DNA of 64,000 nucleotides from Acidobacteriota bacterium (GCA_037133015.1 JBAXOX010000010.1:11210-75209); one strand, 5' to 3'; counted from the first letter of the stretch, positions 1-10,617 are shown. Notes: generated from the sequence alone by a model not told the origin. Program-made: numbers and translations.

Positions 1-1
1 C

Positions 2-2170
2 GGCAGAATGGTCGGTGCGGCCGATCTCGCCATGGATCCCACGAACTCCAAGATTCTTTACGCCACTGCGTACGACAAGGAACGCAAGCCCTGGGCGTTC
101 AATCTCGCCGGCCCTGGTAGCGGCATCTACAAGACCACCGACGCCGGCAAGACGTGGACCAAACTGGCCGGCGGATTGCCCGGCGGCATGCTTGGCCGCA
201 TCGGCATCGACATCTACAAGAAGAACCCGCTAATCCTGTACGCCAACGTGGAGAACGGCAACAAGCCTGGGATGTCGGACGCCGATCGCCTCGCCGAATT
301 GCGCGCGGGCAAGTCCAGCGACGGCATGATCGGTGAGGAAGTCTACCGGTCCGACGACGGAGGCAAGGCCTGGAAGAAGGTGAGCCCCGACAAACAGAAG
401 ATCGGCGGGGGCCCTGGCTACTACTACATGCAAATCCGAGTGGACCCGAACGATGCGAACCACGTGTACGTGTTGACCGTCGGGGTGATCCATTCGACCG
501 ACGGGGGCAAGACGTGGAACCCGGCGTTCCGCTTTGGCGGCGACAACCACGCGATGTGGATCGACCCGGCCAATTCGAACCACGTGCTGCTCGGATACGA
601 CCACGGCATGGGCATCACCTACGACGGCGGCAAGAACTGGTACCACCCCGACGAACTGCCGCTCGCGCAGTTCTACCAGGTGGGCTACGACAACATGTGG
701 CCCTACAACGTTGCCGGAGGCCTGCAGGACAACGGATCGGTGCGGGGCCCGAGCACCAAACGCGGCGGCGGCCGCATCGTGTTCGAGGACTGGCAGACGG
801 TGGGCGGCGGCGACGGCATGTACAACGTGTTCGACACGGTCGGCAATCGCTACCTCTACAACGAGTCGCAACAGGGCGAAATCGCTCGGACCGACCTCTA
901 CACCGGAGAGTCGAAGAGCATTCGGCACCGCGACGACGCCCTGCGATTCGCGTGGACCGCGCCCATTCTGGTCTCGCCGCACGACCCAGCCACGATCTAT
1001 CACGGCGCGAACGTCCTGCTGAAGTCGACCAACCGCGGTGACACGTGGGCGGCGATCAGCCCCGATCTGTCGGCCAACGACAAGACAAAGCTGATCGTCC
1101 CGCCGCCTCCGGCTGTCGGCAAAGGCGGCGACGGCAACATTCAGTACGCCACGATCTCCACGCTCGACGAGTCTCCGCTGGTGCGCGATCTGCTCTACGC
1201 CGGCACCGACGATGGAAACGTGTGGGTGAGCAAGGACGGGGGCAAGAACTGGACGAAGCTGAACGACAAGATCGCGGGCAACCCGGGCTACTACGTCAGC
1301 CGGGTGATCGCGTCCCGGCACGCCCCTGGAACGGCCTACGTCAGCTATACCGGCTACCGCAACGACGACTTCAAGGCGTACGTGTACAAGACGACCGATT
1401 TTGGCGCCACGTGGGCATCAGTCACCGGCAACCTGCCGGCGAAGTCGGTGAACGTGATTCGCGAAGACCCGTACAACCCGAATCTGCTGTTCGTCGGAAT
1501 GGACTGGGGGGTCTACACCACGATCGACGGCGGCGGAAACTGGACCGAGCTGAAAAACGGCATGCCGACGCAGCCGGTGCACGATCTGCAGATTCATCCT
1601 CGTGAGCACGAACTCATCGTCGCCACGCACGGACGCGGCATCTTCATCACCGACATCTCTCCGCTCGAAGAACTCAGCGACAAGGTGCTGGGCCAGGACT
1701 TCTACCTGTTCGACATCGGTTCGAAGGTGAAGTGGGTGACCCGGCGCGACAAGGTGTCGGCATCGATCAACTACTCCGGCCAGAGCGCGCCGAACGGGGT
1801 GATGATCAACTACTACCAGAAGGCGGCCGCGCAGGGCGACGTCGTGGTCAAGGTGCTGCAGGGCACGTTCGTGATCGCCGAAACCAAGGGCCCGAATGCG
1901 GCCGGTCTCAACCAACTCTTGTGGAACATGCGCGGGACGCTGGCAATGGCTCCGGGCGTAACGGCCCCGTTGGGTGGCCGAGGCGGGCGAGGCGGTGGTG
2001 GAGGTGGCGGCGGGTTCGGCGGACCCCAGCTGCCGCCGGCCTATCCGACATTCGGGGGCACGGTTCAGGCCGAGGTCGGCGAGTATGTGATCAGCATCAC
2101 CGCGGGCGGCAAGACGATCACCAAGAAGGTGAACATCCTCGAAGACGTCTGGTTTGACAAGAGTTACTAG
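2..2170 (+). CDS. BNR/Asp-box repeat beta-propeller protein, sortilin/VPS10-like (5' end lies outside window)
   Basis: The frame is open to the window edge. There are eight SxDxGxTW-type Asp-box motifs (TTDAGKTW, SDDGGKAW, STDGGKTW, TYDGGKNW, STNRGDTW, SKDGGKNW, TTDFGATW, TIDGGGNW). A Gly/Arg-rich insert lies near the C-terminus. Stop at 2168-2170. Confidence 0.8.
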   Translation, partial: GRMVGAADLAMDPTNSKILYATAYDKERKPWAFNLAGPGSGIYKTTDAGKTWTKLAGGLPGGMLGRIGIDIYKKNPLILYANVENGNKPGMSDADRLAELRAGKSSDGMIGEEVYRSDDGGKAWKKVSPDKQKIGGGPGYYYMQIRVDPNDANHVYVLTVGVIHSTDGGKTWNPAFRFGGDNHAMWIDPANSNHVLLGYDHGMGITYDGGKNWYHPDELPLAQFYQVGYDNMWPYNVAGGLQDNGSVRGPSTKRGGGRIVFEDWQTVGGGDGMYNVFDTVGNRYLYNESQQGEIARTDLYTGESKSIRHRDDALRFAWTAPILVSPHDPATIYHGANVLLKSTNRGDTWAAISPDLSANDKTKLIVPPPPAVGKGGDGNIQYATISTLDESPLVRDLLYAGTDDGNVWVSKDGGKNWTKLNDKIAGNPGYYVSRVIASRHAPGTAYVSYTGYRNDDFKAYVYKTTDFGATWASVTGNLPAKSVNVIREDPYNPNLLFVGMDWGVYTTIDGGGNWTELKNGMPTQPVHDLQIHPREHELIVATHGRGIFITDISPLEELSDKVLGQDFYLFDIGSKVKWVTRRDKVSASINYSGQSAPNGVMINYYQKAAAQGDVVVKVLQGTFVIAETKGPNAAGLNQLLWNMRGTLAMAPGVTAPLGGRGGRGGGGGGGGFGGPQLPPAYPTFGGTVQAEVGEYVISITAGGKTITKKVNILEDVWFDKSY

Positions 2171-2244
2171 CTGATTCGACATGCCGGCCGGGGCCGGCGT
2201 CCAAGAGAAGGCGGCAGGCGGGAACGCGTTCCGCCGCAAGAAAC

Positions 2245-2286
2245 GACGGCGGCATCACCGATCGGTGGTGCCGCCGTTTGTGTGTC
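2245..2286. terminator. Hairpin terminator between convergent genes
   Basis: 14-bp stem ACGGCGGCATCACC / GGTGGTGCCGCCGT (one G-U pair) with a 4-nt loop GATC, followed by TTTGTGTGT on the plus strand. The opposite side has GTTTCTTG, so it could act bidirectionally. Confidence 0.5.
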
Positions 2287-2307
2287 GGCCGGGAGACCGT
2301 GGTCGCG

Positions 2308-3267
2308 TCAGCCTGCCAATTCCTCGCACGCCGCCGTCAGCACCCGCGGGATCAGCGGTCCGTGATCGGGAAAGTTCTTGAGCATGTCCGTGATCTTGCC
2401 GATCTCATCCTTCGACTTGCCGGCCTTGATCTCACCGCGGACAAACTCGAGTAGCGCACCCAGATAGTCGCGCATGTAGGCCAGGTCGGCCTTGCTGCCG
2501 GTCACCTGGAACTTGGGATTGGCGTGGCCGAAAATGTAAATGGTGTCGGCCGCGTGGTCCGCCGGCACGGCATCGAGCACTTTGATCCAGTTGGCGATCG
2601 ATGCGCCGGCCGGTTTGTCGATGTACGGGTGCATGCGGTTGAACACGAGATCGCCCAGGTGGACGACGTTCGCCTTTTCGAACGTGACCACGGCGTCGCC
2701 GCCGGTGTGCGCGGGTCCGTAGTACTTGAGCGCCATCGTATCGGCGCCGATCGGCTCACGCCACGTGGTCGCAAACGTCGCGTCTGCGACGATGATCTCC
2801 TGGGCCGGCGCGTCGGGTCTGGCCTTTGCCGCCATGGCCGCCGCCATCCGTTGCAACCCGGGCACCTTTTCGTGGGCCAGAATCTTCTTCACGGCCGGCT
2901 TGAACACGGGATTGCCACCGGTGTGATCACCGTGATGGTGCGTGTTGACGAGAATGTCGATCGTCCGGCCGCCGTCACGCTCCTTGATTCCATCAAGGCA
3001 GATCTTGGCCGTCGCTGGCATCTGGGTGTCGACGACGACGACGCCGTCTTTCGAAAGGTGATACCCGATAGTGCCGCCCTGGCCGGTGAAGATGCCCACC
3101 GTGCCCCGGACGGGAATAAACGCGGTCTGCGGCGCAGCCGGGGCAGCCGGTGCGGCCTGGCCTGTTGCGGCCGGAGCCGCCTGCGCAAACAGTTGACGCA
3201 GATCGATCGTCGAGGCGGCCACCGCCAGCGACGAAGCTGTCAGGAACTGACGACGATTGAGGGACAT
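2308..3267 (-). CDS. MBL-fold metallo-hydrolase, Tat-exported
   Basis: 319-aa ORF with a twin-arginine signal (SLNRRQFLTASSLAVAA) and the HHHGDH metal-binding motif of the metallo-beta-lactamase fold. Confidence 0.85.
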   Translation of the reverse strand: MSLNRRQFLTASSLAVAASTIDLRQLFAQAAPAATGQAAPAAPAAPQTAFIPVRGTVGIFTGQGGTIGYHLSKDGVVVVDTQMPATAKICLDGIKERDGGRTIDILVNTHHHGDHTGGNPVFKPAVKKILAHEKVPGLQRMAAAMAAKARPDAPAQEIIVADATFATTWREPIGADTMALKYYGPAHTGGDAVVTFEKANVVHLGDLVFNRMHPYIDKPAGASIANWIKVLDAVPADHAADTIYIFGHANPKFQVTGSKADLAYMRDYLGALLEFVRGEIKAGKSKDEIGKITDMLKNFPDHGPLIPRVLTAACEELAG

Positions 3268-3372
3268 CGGCGAACGCTCCTTGGTTGAAGGGTAGGTGTC
3301 TATTGTATCCGGGCTCCCGGATCCGTGTTGAGGGGAACGTGGAGGCGAGGGAACTTGCGGCCGGGGAGGCGC

Positions 3373-4800
3373 CTACCAGGCCGGCAGCGACCTTACGTCC
3401 CACCCGCCGCCGAGCGCCTTGACGAGCAGCACGCTGGCCGTCAGTCGCCGGGCCTGGATCGTGACGGCCGTGCGTTGGTTGGTGAGGGCGGAATTCTGCG
3501 CGGTCGCCACTTCGAGATACGTCGTCACGCCACCCTTGTAGCGGCTGTTGGCCAGGGCCAGCAACCGCTCGGCGGCCGCGACGGCGGCGTCCTGGGTTCG
3601 CGCCTCGTCGGCGAGGATTCGAAGCGCGGCGAGATTGTCTTCGACCTCGCGGAAGGCCGTCAGAACGGTGTCCTGGTACTGGGCCACGGTCCGATCGTAC
3701 GAGGCCTTGGCTTGCGCGGACGCTGCCCGGCGACGGCCGCGATCAAACACCGTCAATGCGGCTGTGGGCACCGCAGACCAGAAGTTGCTTGCCAGCTTGA
3801 GCCAGTCCCCGAGCGCCGAACTTTCAAAACCCGTGTTGCCGGTCAGCGCCAGCACAGGATAGAACGCGGCCGCCGTGACGCCCACCTGTGCGTTGGCGGC
3901 GGCCACGCGCCGTTCGGCGCCGGCGATGTCGGGGCGCCGCTCGAGCAGTTCGGCCGGAAGCCCGGCGGGCACCATCGGCGGAGCGAGGTCGAGCGGGGCC
4001 GAAGCGACGGTAAACGATCCCGCCGGTTTGCCAATCAGCGCGGCCATCGCGTGTTCGAACTGGGCGCGGCGCACCTGGATGTCGATGGCCTGTGCGCGCA
4101 CGGTTTCCAGCTGCGTTTCGGCCTGCGCGACGTCGATGCCCGAGGCAACGCCGCCCCTGAAGCGATTGCGCGTCAGTTCGAGCGCCCTCTGGTACGACGC
4201 GATGCTGCGGTCCAGAATCTGCCTCTCGGCGTCAAGGCCGCGGATTTGGAAATAGTCGAGCGCCAGTTCAGCGTGGAGGCTCAGGTTGACGGCCTCCAGG
4301 TCGGCGGCACTCGCCTGTGCGGTGGCCACACTGGCCTGCACGGTATTGGCGACCCGGCCCCACACGTCGAATTCGTACGCCACGTCACCGCGCAGCACGA
4401 AGTCGCCGTACCGAAGATCTGCGGTTTTACTTCGAAGCGGTTTGTTCTCGGAATTCTTGGACTCGCCAATCGATCCGGCCGCGCCTATCTGGGGCACCTC
4501 GGCGGCGCGAGCGGACCGGACCAGCGCGCGGGCCTGAAGGTATTGAGCCTGCGCCGCCTTCAGCGTCTGGCTCGACACGGTCAACTGATCTTCGAGCGCG
4601 TTGAGCTGGGGATCGCCAAACGTCTCCCACCACTTGCCGCGCGCCGTTTCGTCGGAAGGTCTGGCGGCTTTCCAGTCGCCGAGTTCCTTGTAGGCGGGAG
4701 GCACGGCGGCTGCCACAGGCGGCTTGTAGGCGGGTCCTACGGCACAGGCCGACGCCCCCAACGCGACCACCGCCACGACGATGCGCGTCGCGGTCCTCAC
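3373..4800 (-). CDS. Efflux outer-membrane factor lipoprotein (NodT/TolC family)
   Basis: Lipoprotein-type signal (VVALGASAC) followed by long TolC-like repeat sequence. Its GTG start overlaps the adaptor gene stop (GTGA). Confidence 0.9.
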   Translation of the reverse strand: MRTATRIVVAVVALGASACAVGPAYKPPVAAAVPPAYKELGDWKAARPSDETARGKWWETFGDPQLNALEDQLTVSSQTLKAAQAQYLQARALVRSARAAEVPQIGAAGSIGESKNSENKPLRSKTADLRYGDFVLRGDVAYEFDVWGRVANTVQASVATAQASAADLEAVNLSLHAELALDYFQIRGLDAERQILDRSIASYQRALELTRNRFRGGVASGIDVAQAETQLETVRAQAIDIQVRRAQFEHAMAALIGKPAGSFTVASAPLDLAPPMVPAGLPAELLERRPDIAGAERRVAAANAQVGVTAAAFYPVLALTGNTGFESSALGDWLKLASNFWSAVPTAALTVFDRGRRRAASAQAKASYDRTVAQYQDTVLTAFREVEDNLAALRILADEARTQDAAVAAAERLLALANSRYKGGVTTYLEVATAQNSALTNQRTAVTIQARRLTASVLLVKALGGGWDVRSLPAW

Positions 4801-5993
4801 CGCTTGCCGCCTTCGGCCGCGCCGCGGCCGGGAACCAGCAACCGCACGACTTGCCCGTCTGTCAGCGAATCGGGCGGATTGACGACGATCGTCTCGTCAC
4901 CCTTGAGGCCGGATACCACTTCGACCTCTGTGCCGAAGTCGCGCCCAATCACGACGGTCGTCATGGCCACTTTGTCTCCGCCCCGCACGACGGCGATCTT
5001 CAGACCGTCAGCGCGGAAGATGAGGGCGTTGGCCGGTGCGCGGAACACCGAGGTCGGCGCCGAAGGCTTGAGGTGCACTTCGGCGTACGCGCCGGCCAGC
5101 AGCGCGCCGTCCGGATTGGGCACGTCGAATTCGACGAGCAACGTCCGGGAGGCGACGTCGATGGTCTCGGCCGTGCGAACGAGCTTGGCCGGAAACGTCC
5201 GTCCCGGGATTTCCGCAAACGTCAACTCGGCAGTCACGCCTGGCTTGGTGGCCCGGATGTAGAGCTCCGGCACGCTGACGAACAATCGCAATCGGTTCGT
5301 CACGCTGATATGGAACAGTTCGCGAGTCGCGCCCCCGCTGCTGCCGGGATCGATCAAGGCCCCCACGTCGGTGTTCCGGGCGGTGATGGTTCCGGCAAAC
5401 GGCGCGTAAATCCGCGTGTACGACTGCAACTGTTCAAGGCGGGTCGCGTTATGGCGGGCCGAATCGACGGCGGTCTTCCGCGCGTCGAGCGTGCCCGCGG
5501 CGTTGTCGGCGTCCTGCTGCGAGACCGACTCGGTCTTGACCAGATCGCGGTACCGGTCGGCGGTGATCTGGGCGAGCCGCGAATTGGCCTCGGCAGTGGC
5601 GAGATCGGCCCGCGCCTGCTGGATCTGTTGTTCCAGCTCCGGTGCGTCCAGTTCGGCCAGCAGTTGGTTGGCTTTTACCTTCGATCCCAGCTCGACGTAT
5701 CGCCGTTTCAGGTAGCCGCCCGTGCGGGCGTAGATGGGCGCGTCGGTGAGCGCCTGGGTCGTGCCGGGCAGCACCAGTTCCTCTTGAGACGTCCCCTGCG
5801 TCGGGTGGGCGACGGCCACCGTCGGAATCGCCATCTCTCGCGTTTCGCGCGTCAGTTCCACCATGGCTTTGGCGCGGTCGTTCACGCCCCACCACACCGA
5901 AACGCCCAGCGCGATGCCCACCGCCAGCACCATCAGCGTGCCGGCGCCCGACCGGCGGGGCCTGGCGCCATCCTGCTGCGAAACACCCATCAC
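4797..5993 (-). CDS. Efflux RND periplasmic adaptor subunit (HlyD/AcrA family)
   Basis: N-terminal membrane anchor, a coiled-coil hairpin region (ELDAPELEQQIQQARADLATAEAN...) and C-terminal beta domains. Located between the pump and OMF genes. Start is GTG 5993 or ATG 5990. Confidence 0.9.
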   Translation of the reverse strand: MMGVSQQDGARPRRSGAGTLMVLAVGIALGVSVWWGVNDRAKAMVELTRETREMAIPTVAVAHPTQGTSQEELVLPGTTQALTDAPIYARTGGYLKRRYVELGSKVKANQLLAELDAPELEQQIQQARADLATAEANSRLAQITADRYRDLVKTESVSQQDADNAAGTLDARKTAVDSARHNATRLEQLQSYTRIYAPFAGTITARNTDVGALIDPGSSGGATRELFHISVTNRLRLFVSVPELYIRATKPGVTAELTFAEIPGRTFPAKLVRTAETIDVASRTLLVEFDVPNPDGALLAGAYAEVHLKPSAPTSVFRAPANALIFRADGLKIAVVRGGDKVAMTTVVIGRDFGTEVEVVSGLKGDETIVVNPPDSLTDGQVVRLLVPGRGAAEGGKR

Positions 5994-6036
5994 ATGCCTC
6001 CAACCACGCGGGAACTCGTCTGCGATCCCTGAGTGG

Positions 6037-9000
6037 TTACTCCTGAACCGGAGAAACCCCTGCGGCCACGACGCGGCGGCCGTGCAACACGCCGAACACC
6101 GCGGGCACGAAAAACAGCGTCGCGATGGTGGCCAGGGTCAGGCCTCCAATCACGGCGCGGCCGAGCGGAGCGTTCTGTTCGCCGCCTTCGCCCAAGCCCA
6201 GCGCCATCGGCACCATCCCGATAATCATCGCCAGGGCGGTCATCAACACCGGCCGGAACCTCGAGAAACCGGCGTTCACCGCCGCATCGACGGCGCTGAT
6301 GCCGCGATGGAATTCGTCCTTGGCAAAACTGACGACCAGAATGCTGTTGGCGGTGGCGACGCCCACCGACATGATGGCGCCGGTCAGGGCCGGAACGCTG
6401 ATCGTCGTGCCCGACAGGAACAAGATCCACACGATTCCGGCAAGTGCCGCCGGCAGTGCCGAGATGATGATGAAGGGGTCGAGCCACGACTGGAAATTCA
6501 CCACGATCAACAGGTACACGAGCAGGATGGCCAGCCCGAGTCCGGCCAGCAACCCCGCGAACGTGGCGTTCATCGTGTCGATCTGGCCGCGCACGATCAC
6601 CTGCGACCCCTTGGGCAGCGTCTTGCGGGCTTCCTCCAGGATAGGCGTCATGTCGCGGGCGATCCCGCCCAGATCGCGGCCTTGCGCCGACCCGAAGATG
6701 TCGATCACCGGCTGCACGTTGTAATGGGAAACCACCGCCATCCCCGCGTCGCGCGTGATGGACGCCAGACTCCCGAGCAGTTGCGGCCGCGCGCTTCCGG
6801 ATCCGGTCACGGAAATGCCGTTCACGTCATCCAGCGAACTGATTCGGTATTCCGGCGTGCGGATGGCGACCGAGTAACTCACGCCGGTCTTCGGGTTCAT
6901 CCAGAAGGTCGGTGTGGTCTGGCCGCTGCCGCTCAGCGAGATCAGCAGGTTGCTGGCAATCTCGCGCTGCGTAAAGCCCACCTGCGCCGCGCGGGTTCGG
7001 TCGGTGTCGATGTGGAGCCGCGGCTGGTTGAACGCCTGGTGGACGCGCAAATCCACGATCCCGGGAATCCCGCCGAGTTTTCTCGCCAGCCCCGCCGCGA
7101 ACAGCCGGTTCGCGTCGAGGTCTCGGCCGATCACCTGGACATCGATGGGCGCCGGCAGCCCGAAATTCAGCGTCTGCGTGACGATGTCGGCCGGGATGAA
7201 GGAAAAGAGCACGCTCGGAAACTCGAGCGCCAGTCTCTGGCGCAGGTCGTGCAGATAGGTCGCCGTCGGGCGATGGTCCGCGTTGAGCGAGACCAGAATG
7301 TCGGCGTCCGACGACCCGATCGGCGCCGAGTTGCTGTAGATGATATTCAGGCTGCTGTAGGGCAGTCCGATGTTGTCGATGACGCTCGCAATCTCGCGGT
7401 CGGGGATGACCTCGCGGATCACCTGTTCGACGCGATCGCAGACGACCGCCGTCTCCTCGATCCTGGTTCCGGTCGGGCCCCGCATGTGCAGCTTGAACTG
7501 GCCGCTGTCGACGGTGGGAAAGAAATCCTGTCCGATCCACGGCAGCAACCCAAGCGATCCCACGCAGACCAGCAGAAAGATCGTCGCGAACGCGGCCCGC
7601 CGTCGCACGCACGTCTCGAGCACGCCCCGGTAGCCGTCGCGAAGGCGTCCGAACGCCGCATCGATCCCCATCTGCCACCGCACGAGCGGGTTTCGGCTGG
7701 TTCGTCGTGTGGCTCCCCGGTCGTCGCCATGCACCTTCAGCATGTACTTCGCCATCGTCGGCACCAGCGTGCGCGACAGCACGTACGAGGCCAGCACGGC
7801 GAAGACGACGGCTTCGCCCATCGGCACGAAGAGATAACGCGCGACGCCGGTCAGGAAGAACATCGGCACGAACACGATGCAGATGCAGACGGTCGAGACA
7901 AACGTCGGGATGGTGATCTGCTCGGCGCCGATCAGGATGGCGTCGTCCAGTGTTTCGCCCTGTTCGAGGTGGTGACTGATGTTCTCGATGGCGACGATGC
8001 CGTTGTCCACCAGGATGCCGATCGCCAGCGCGAGGCCGCCCAGCGTCATGATGTTGATCGTCTCGCCCAGTGACGAGAGGACGATAATCGACACCAGAAT
8101 CGACAGCGGGATCGACACGGCGATAATCACCGTGCTGCGCCAGCTGCCCAGCAGCAGCAGAATCAGCAACGCCGTCAGGCACGCGGCGATCACCGCCTCG
8201 CGCAGCACCCCGTCAATCGACGCGCGCACGAACACCGACTGGTCGGCCAACTGGCTGACCACCAACTCGGGCGGCAGACTCGGCGCAATGCGCGGCAGCG
8301 CTTCTTTGACGCGCGAGATGATGTCGAGCGTCGAGGCGCTGCCGCTTTTCTGGATCGACATCAGCGCCGCGCGGCGCCCGTTGACGCGGACGATGTTGGT
8401 CTGCGGCGGAAACCCGTTCCGGACGTGCGCGACATCGCGGATGAAAATCGGGATCCGGCCCACCGACTTGACCGGCAGATCGTTGAGTTCGTCAACCGTG
8501 TCAGGGCTGCCGTTGATGTCGATGTCGTGCTCGAAGCTGCCGAGTTTGGCGGTGCCGGCCGGCAGAATCAGATTCTGCGCCGCAAGCGCGTTCGACACGT
8601 CGACCGGCGACAGCCCTTTGGCCTGCAGCGCCGCCGGGTCGAGGTCCACCATGATCTGGGCCAGTTTGCCGCCGAACGGATTGGCAATCGACGCGCCCTG
8701 GACGGAGGCCAACTGGACGCGAAGAAAGTTGGCGCCCAGATCGTAAAGCTGCTGCTCCGAAAGTTTCTGGCCCGAGAGCGCAAGCTGGAGCACCGGCACG
8801 GTCGAGGCGTTGTAGCTCACGATGAGGGGAGGCGTCGTCCCGGGAGGCAACTGCCGCAGATTCGTCTGGGAAATGGCCGCCACCTGGGCCATCGCCATGT
8901 CGATGCTGACCGTCGATTGAAAGAAGACCTTGACGATCGACGTGCCGCGCAGCGATTGCGATTCGATGTGTTCGATGTCGCTCACCGTCGTGGTCAGCGA

Positions 9001-9207
9001 CCGCTCGTAGATGGAGACGATGCGGTTCGACATCTCTTCAGCCGACAGCCCGGCGTAATTCCAGATGACGGCGATCACCGGAATGTTGATGTTCGGGAAG
9101 ATGTCAGTCGGCGTCCGGAGAATGGTGATCGGACCCACGAGCAGAATCACGATCGCCATGACGACGAACGTGTAAGGACGATTCAGCGCGACGCGGACAA
9201 TCCACAT
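6037..9207 (-). CDS. Efflux RND transporter permease (AcrB/CzcA superfamily)
   Basis: 1056-aa ORF with the typical RND N-terminus (MWIVRVALNRPYTFVVMAIVILLVG) and two large periplasmic loops alternating with TM bundles. Confidence 0.95.
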   Translation of the reverse strand: MWIVRVALNRPYTFVVMAIVILLVGPITILRTPTDIFPNINIPVIAVIWNYAGLSAEEMSNRIVSIYERSLTTTVSDIEHIESQSLRGTSIVKVFFQSTVSIDMAMAQVAAISQTNLRQLPPGTTPPLIVSYNASTVPVLQLALSGQKLSEQQLYDLGANFLRVQLASVQGASIANPFGGKLAQIMVDLDPAALQAKGLSPVDVSNALAAQNLILPAGTAKLGSFEHDIDINGSPDTVDELNDLPVKSVGRIPIFIRDVAHVRNGFPPQTNIVRVNGRRAALMSIQKSGSASTLDIISRVKEALPRIAPSLPPELVVSQLADQSVFVRASIDGVLREAVIAACLTALLILLLLGSWRSTVIIAVSIPLSILVSIIVLSSLGETINIMTLGGLALAIGILVDNGIVAIENISHHLEQGETLDDAILIGAEQITIPTFVSTVCICIVFVPMFFLTGVARYLFVPMGEAVVFAVLASYVLSRTLVPTMAKYMLKVHGDDRGATRRTSRNPLVRWQMGIDAAFGRLRDGYRGVLETCVRRRAAFATIFLLVCVGSLGLLPWIGQDFFPTVDSGQFKLHMRGPTGTRIEETAVVCDRVEQVIREVIPDREIASVIDNIGLPYSSLNIIYSNSAPIGSSDADILVSLNADHRPTATYLHDLRQRLALEFPSVLFSFIPADIVTQTLNFGLPAPIDVQVIGRDLDANRLFAAGLARKLGGIPGIVDLRVHQAFNQPRLHIDTDRTRAAQVGFTQREIASNLLISLSGSGQTTPTFWMNPKTGVSYSVAIRTPEYRISSLDDVNGISVTGSGSARPQLLGSLASITRDAGMAVVSHYNVQPVIDIFGSAQGRDLGGIARDMTPILEEARKTLPKGSQVIVRGQIDTMNATFAGLLAGLGLAILLVYLLIVVNFQSWLDPFIIISALPAALAGIVWILFLSGTTISVPALTGAIMSVGVATANSILVVSFAKDEFHRGISAVDAAVNAGFSRFRPVLMTALAMIIGMVPMALGLGEGGEQNAPLGRAVIGGLTLATIATLFFVPAVFGVLHGRRVVAAGVSPVQE

Positions 9208-9255
9208 GGGGGGACGGGCCTATTGATGGTCGGAAAACGGGCACAGTCTAACACA

Positions 9256-10434
9256 CTAAAACAACTGCCTCGCCCGGCTCGACGCCGGCATCGCGGTCCC
9301 TGCGGTGCGTCTGGCCGGAATGTCGCCCGGCAGCAACGGACGTTCCGTCAGCGTCACCTCGACCTGGCGGGACTTGTTGTCGCGAACAATGGTCAGGCTC
9401 ACGGTCGACCCGACTTTGAGCGCGCCCAACACCTTTGCCAGTTTCTGAGGTTCGTCCAACTGGGCGCCGTTCACCATCGTGATGATGTCTCCGCCAAGCA
9501 GCAGCGGCTGACCGGAAATCACCAATTCGAATTGCCCGCCGTGAATCTCCTGCGCTTCGGCCGGGCTGCCGGGTTCGACCACCTCGACCAGAAAGCCGTC
9601 AACCAGCGGCACGCGGAGCAACTCCTTGAGCACCGGCACGACGAATTGGCCCTGGATGCCCAGCCACGGCCTGATGACGCGCCCGTTGGTCACCAGGCCC
9701 GGAATGACCGACCTGACGAGATTGGCCGGCACCGCAAATCCGATGCTCTGCGCGTCGGGGAGATTGGCCGACGTGATACCGATCACTGCTCCGCACCGGT
9801 CAATCAGTGGTCCGCCAGAGCTGCCGGGATTGATGGCGGCATCTGTCTGGATGAGCGGTTCGGTCAGCGACCACGACGAGCCTGGCAACGAGCGATTGAC
9901 GGCCGAGACGATGCCCCTGGTCAGCGTCTGTTCGAGGCCCAACGGATTGCCGATGGCATAGACATCGTCGCCAACCAGCACGCGCTCGGAGTCTCCCAGC
10001 GTCGCCACGGGAAGGTTCCCGGAGGTCGGCTTGGGAATGCGAATCACCGCGATGTCGAACTGCGGATCGGCGCCGACGAACTGGGCGGGCAATGTCACCC
10101 CGTTATCCAGGGTGACCGTGAGCAACTGTCGGCCGAACACCACATGCGAGTTGGTCAGAATCAAACCCGACGCATCGATAATGACGCCAGACCCGCTGGC
10201 GTGCTCAATGCGATGGTCGATGTCGTATGGATTGATTGTGGTCGACGCGATCGCGACGACACTGGGCGCCACGCGCTTGTAGAGAACCGACAGCGGTTCC
10301 TGGCACGAATCGACCGATGGGCGCTGGCCCGCCATCGCCGGCGCCGCGCCTGCCAGCATCGCGATCACGCTCAGGCTCGACGCAACACGAACGGCTCTGG
10401 CGGCGGCCCAAGGCAACGTGGCCGGGAAATTCAT
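9256..10434 (-). CDS. HtrA/DegP-like trypsin-fold serine protease with PDZ domain
   Basis: Trimmed to the ATG at 10434, which has a GGAGGAG SD about 8 nt upstream and is followed by a signal peptide (MNFPATLPWAAARAV...AMA). Contains the GSSGGPL serine motif and a C-terminal PDZ-like segment. Confidence 0.85.
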   Translation of the reverse strand: MNFPATLPWAAARAVRVASSLSVIAMLAGAAPAMAGQRPSVDSCQEPLSVLYKRVAPSVVAIASTTINPYDIDHRIEHASGSGVIIDASGLILTNSHVVFGRQLLTVTLDNGVTLPAQFVGADPQFDIAVIRIPKPTSGNLPVATLGDSERVLVGDDVYAIGNPLGLEQTLTRGIVSAVNRSLPGSSWSLTEPLIQTDAAINPGSSGGPLIDRCGAVIGITSANLPDAQSIGFAVPANLVRSVIPGLVTNGRVIRPWLGIQGQFVVPVLKELLRVPLVDGFLVEVVEPGSPAEAQEIHGGQFELVISGQPLLLGGDIITMVNGAQLDEPQKLAKVLGALKVGSTVSLTIVRDNKSRQVEVTLTERPLLPGDIPARRTAGTAMPASSRARQLF

Positions 10435-10617
10435 CGAAACACTCCTCCAGCGAAATACCCGCCGCGTGATGCAGAGAGTCGCCGCACCGTCATCGTCGAC
10501 AGCAATACCCGTAGTGTAATTACGCCGCCGGCAGGGCGATTGTTTACCATGATGAGGCGCATCCGCTCGATCTGATGGCGTGAAGAGGCCCGTTCTGCGT
10601 ATGATACGGACGCTTCC

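Noticed and set aside
3325-5262. 645-aa plus-strand ORF
   Set aside because: It is antisense to the OMF and adaptor genes, both of which have clear family signatures.
5863-8073. 736-aa plus-strand ORF
   Set aside because: It is antisense to the RND permease gene. The sequence is low-complexity and R/D/H/G-rich with no domain signal, which is a high-GC artefact.
8425-10575. 716-aa plus-strand ORF
   Set aside because: It is antisense to the RND permease and HtrA genes, has the same artefactual composition, and has no plausible start context.
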